Shown here: one piece after another, positions 13,533 to 14,369 of the stretch
How positions within the stretch are numbered: position 1 is the first letter of the stretch
Layout of the letters: the number at the start of each line of letters is the position of its first letter
Assembly: GCA_043819795.1 (NCBI GenBank)
Contig: JBDREN010000220.1
Span: 1-14,369 of the forward strand
Source: Elusimicrobiota bacterium
Lineage (GTDB): Bacteria > Elusimicrobiota > Elusimicrobia > UBA1565
Length of the DNA: 14,369 bases
Direction of reading: 5' to 3'
Program-made: the position numbers and the translations under genes
The notes under the pieces: generated by a model
Told to the model about the DNA's origin: nothing
The model's database searches: none
What the model saw: only the letters and a program-made list of their open reading frames with translations

Positions 13533-14234
13533 ATGAAGGCCCAGAAATTATTCAACGAGACGTTCTTCGGCTTTCTCGAGAAGCTCTTTCTGATCGTATC
13601 GTTCGGGGAGATCTCCGGGTTCGGGCTGACGCAGGCGCAGCACGCCCTGTCCTCCAAGTACTCCGGCCTGCTGAAGAACCTGCTCCAAAGCCCCGCCTAT
13701 GCCGGGATGCTCGGACAGCCCACGGCCCTGCTGGCGCGCGACCTGCCGTCCCAGCTGACCCGGAAGCTCACGGACCGGGCGTTGGAGAAAGCCGTCGGCT
13801 CCGTCGAAGGCGCCTGCTTCATCTATGCCCACACCCTGCTGGACACGGCCCTGTCGGATTATTGCCGCGCGGCGGCCATGGCCGATCCCAAGGGCTGGCG
13901 CGCGCTCGCCGCCAAAGCCGCGTCCCCGGACTCGAAGGCCATGGCCGCGGGGGCGGCTTACGAGCGGCGGCGCGGCCCGCTCATCGAAAGGGTCGATCTC
14001 TTGACGGCCGGCTGCCGCCCCCCGGCCGGCTGGGCGCCGGCCCCGGGCATCCGCCTCGACCGCCGGAGGATCGAGCGGCTGGACCGCCTGAGGGAGCGCG
14101 CCGTCCGCGAGGGAGGGAAGGTCCCCAGGGCCGAGGACGAGATGCTCTTCATGGTGCGTACGGCCCTGTACCTAGCGACGCTGCTCTGCTTGCGCTACGG
14201 CTTCCGCATCGACCCGGCCGTCCTGCTGCGCTAG
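13533..14234 (+). CDS. Hypothetical alpha-helical protein
   Basis: ATG 13533 (MKAQKLF) downstream of a promoter-like signal; GC-rich third codon positions like neighbouring genes; no family recognised with confidence. Confidence 0.75.
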   Translation: MKAQKLFNETFFGFLEKLFLIVSFGEISGFGLTQAQHALSSKYSGLLKNLLQSPAYAGMLGQPTALLARDLPSQLTRKLTDRALEKAVGSVEGACFIYAHTLLDTALSDYCRAAAMADPKGWRALAAKAASPDSKAMAAGAAYERRRGPLIERVDLLTAGCRPPAGWAPAPGIRLDRRRIERLDRLRERAVREGGKVPRAEDEMLFMVRTALYLATLLCLRYGFRIDPAVLLR

Positions 14235-14369
14235 CAGCCCGTGGCAAAAGTATTTCGGATGGCGAAATCGCCTGGAGCGAGCCGAGCCAAGGCGCGACGA
14301 GGGAGCATCCCTCGACGGGATGTGACCGAGGAGCAACGCAGGCGCAGGCCGCTTCCAGGCGATTGCAGG
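14235..14369. repeat. Structured intergenic element (MITE/REP-like or ncRNA), truncated by the window end
   Basis: Outer stem aatcgcctgga (14266-14276) / tccaggcgatt (14354-14364); inner stem catccc (14306-14311) / gggatg (14317-14322). Confidence 0.5.

Noticed and set aside
14235..14369. tRNA or other known RNA gene
   Set aside because: No T-loop (GTTC) or cloverleaf, and no recognisable rRNA, tmRNA or SRP motif.

Overview
High-GC bacterial chromosomal region. On the + strand are the C-terminal end of a TPR-like gene, a HAMP sensor histidine kinase, a single-chain protein that joins a FliF-type ring-building domain to FliG middle/C-terminal domains (no other flagellar gene in the window), and a coiled-coil HATPase protein whose H-box lacks the histidine. 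Converging on the - strand are an amidase, valS, a receiver-MBL hydrolase fusion, a signal-peptide-bearing fibre/adhesin (collagen, GNVGIGT repeats, intramolecular chaperone), a single-domain receiver and an OmpR-family regulator. A divergent hypothetical gene and a structured repeat end the window. The best candidate for an undescribed system is the orphan FliF(RBM3)-FliG fusion with its adjacent His-less kinase-like gene. Two perfect 19-bp-arm palindromes and several probable leaderless promoters are also visible. All family calls come from motif recognition by eye; no database search was run.
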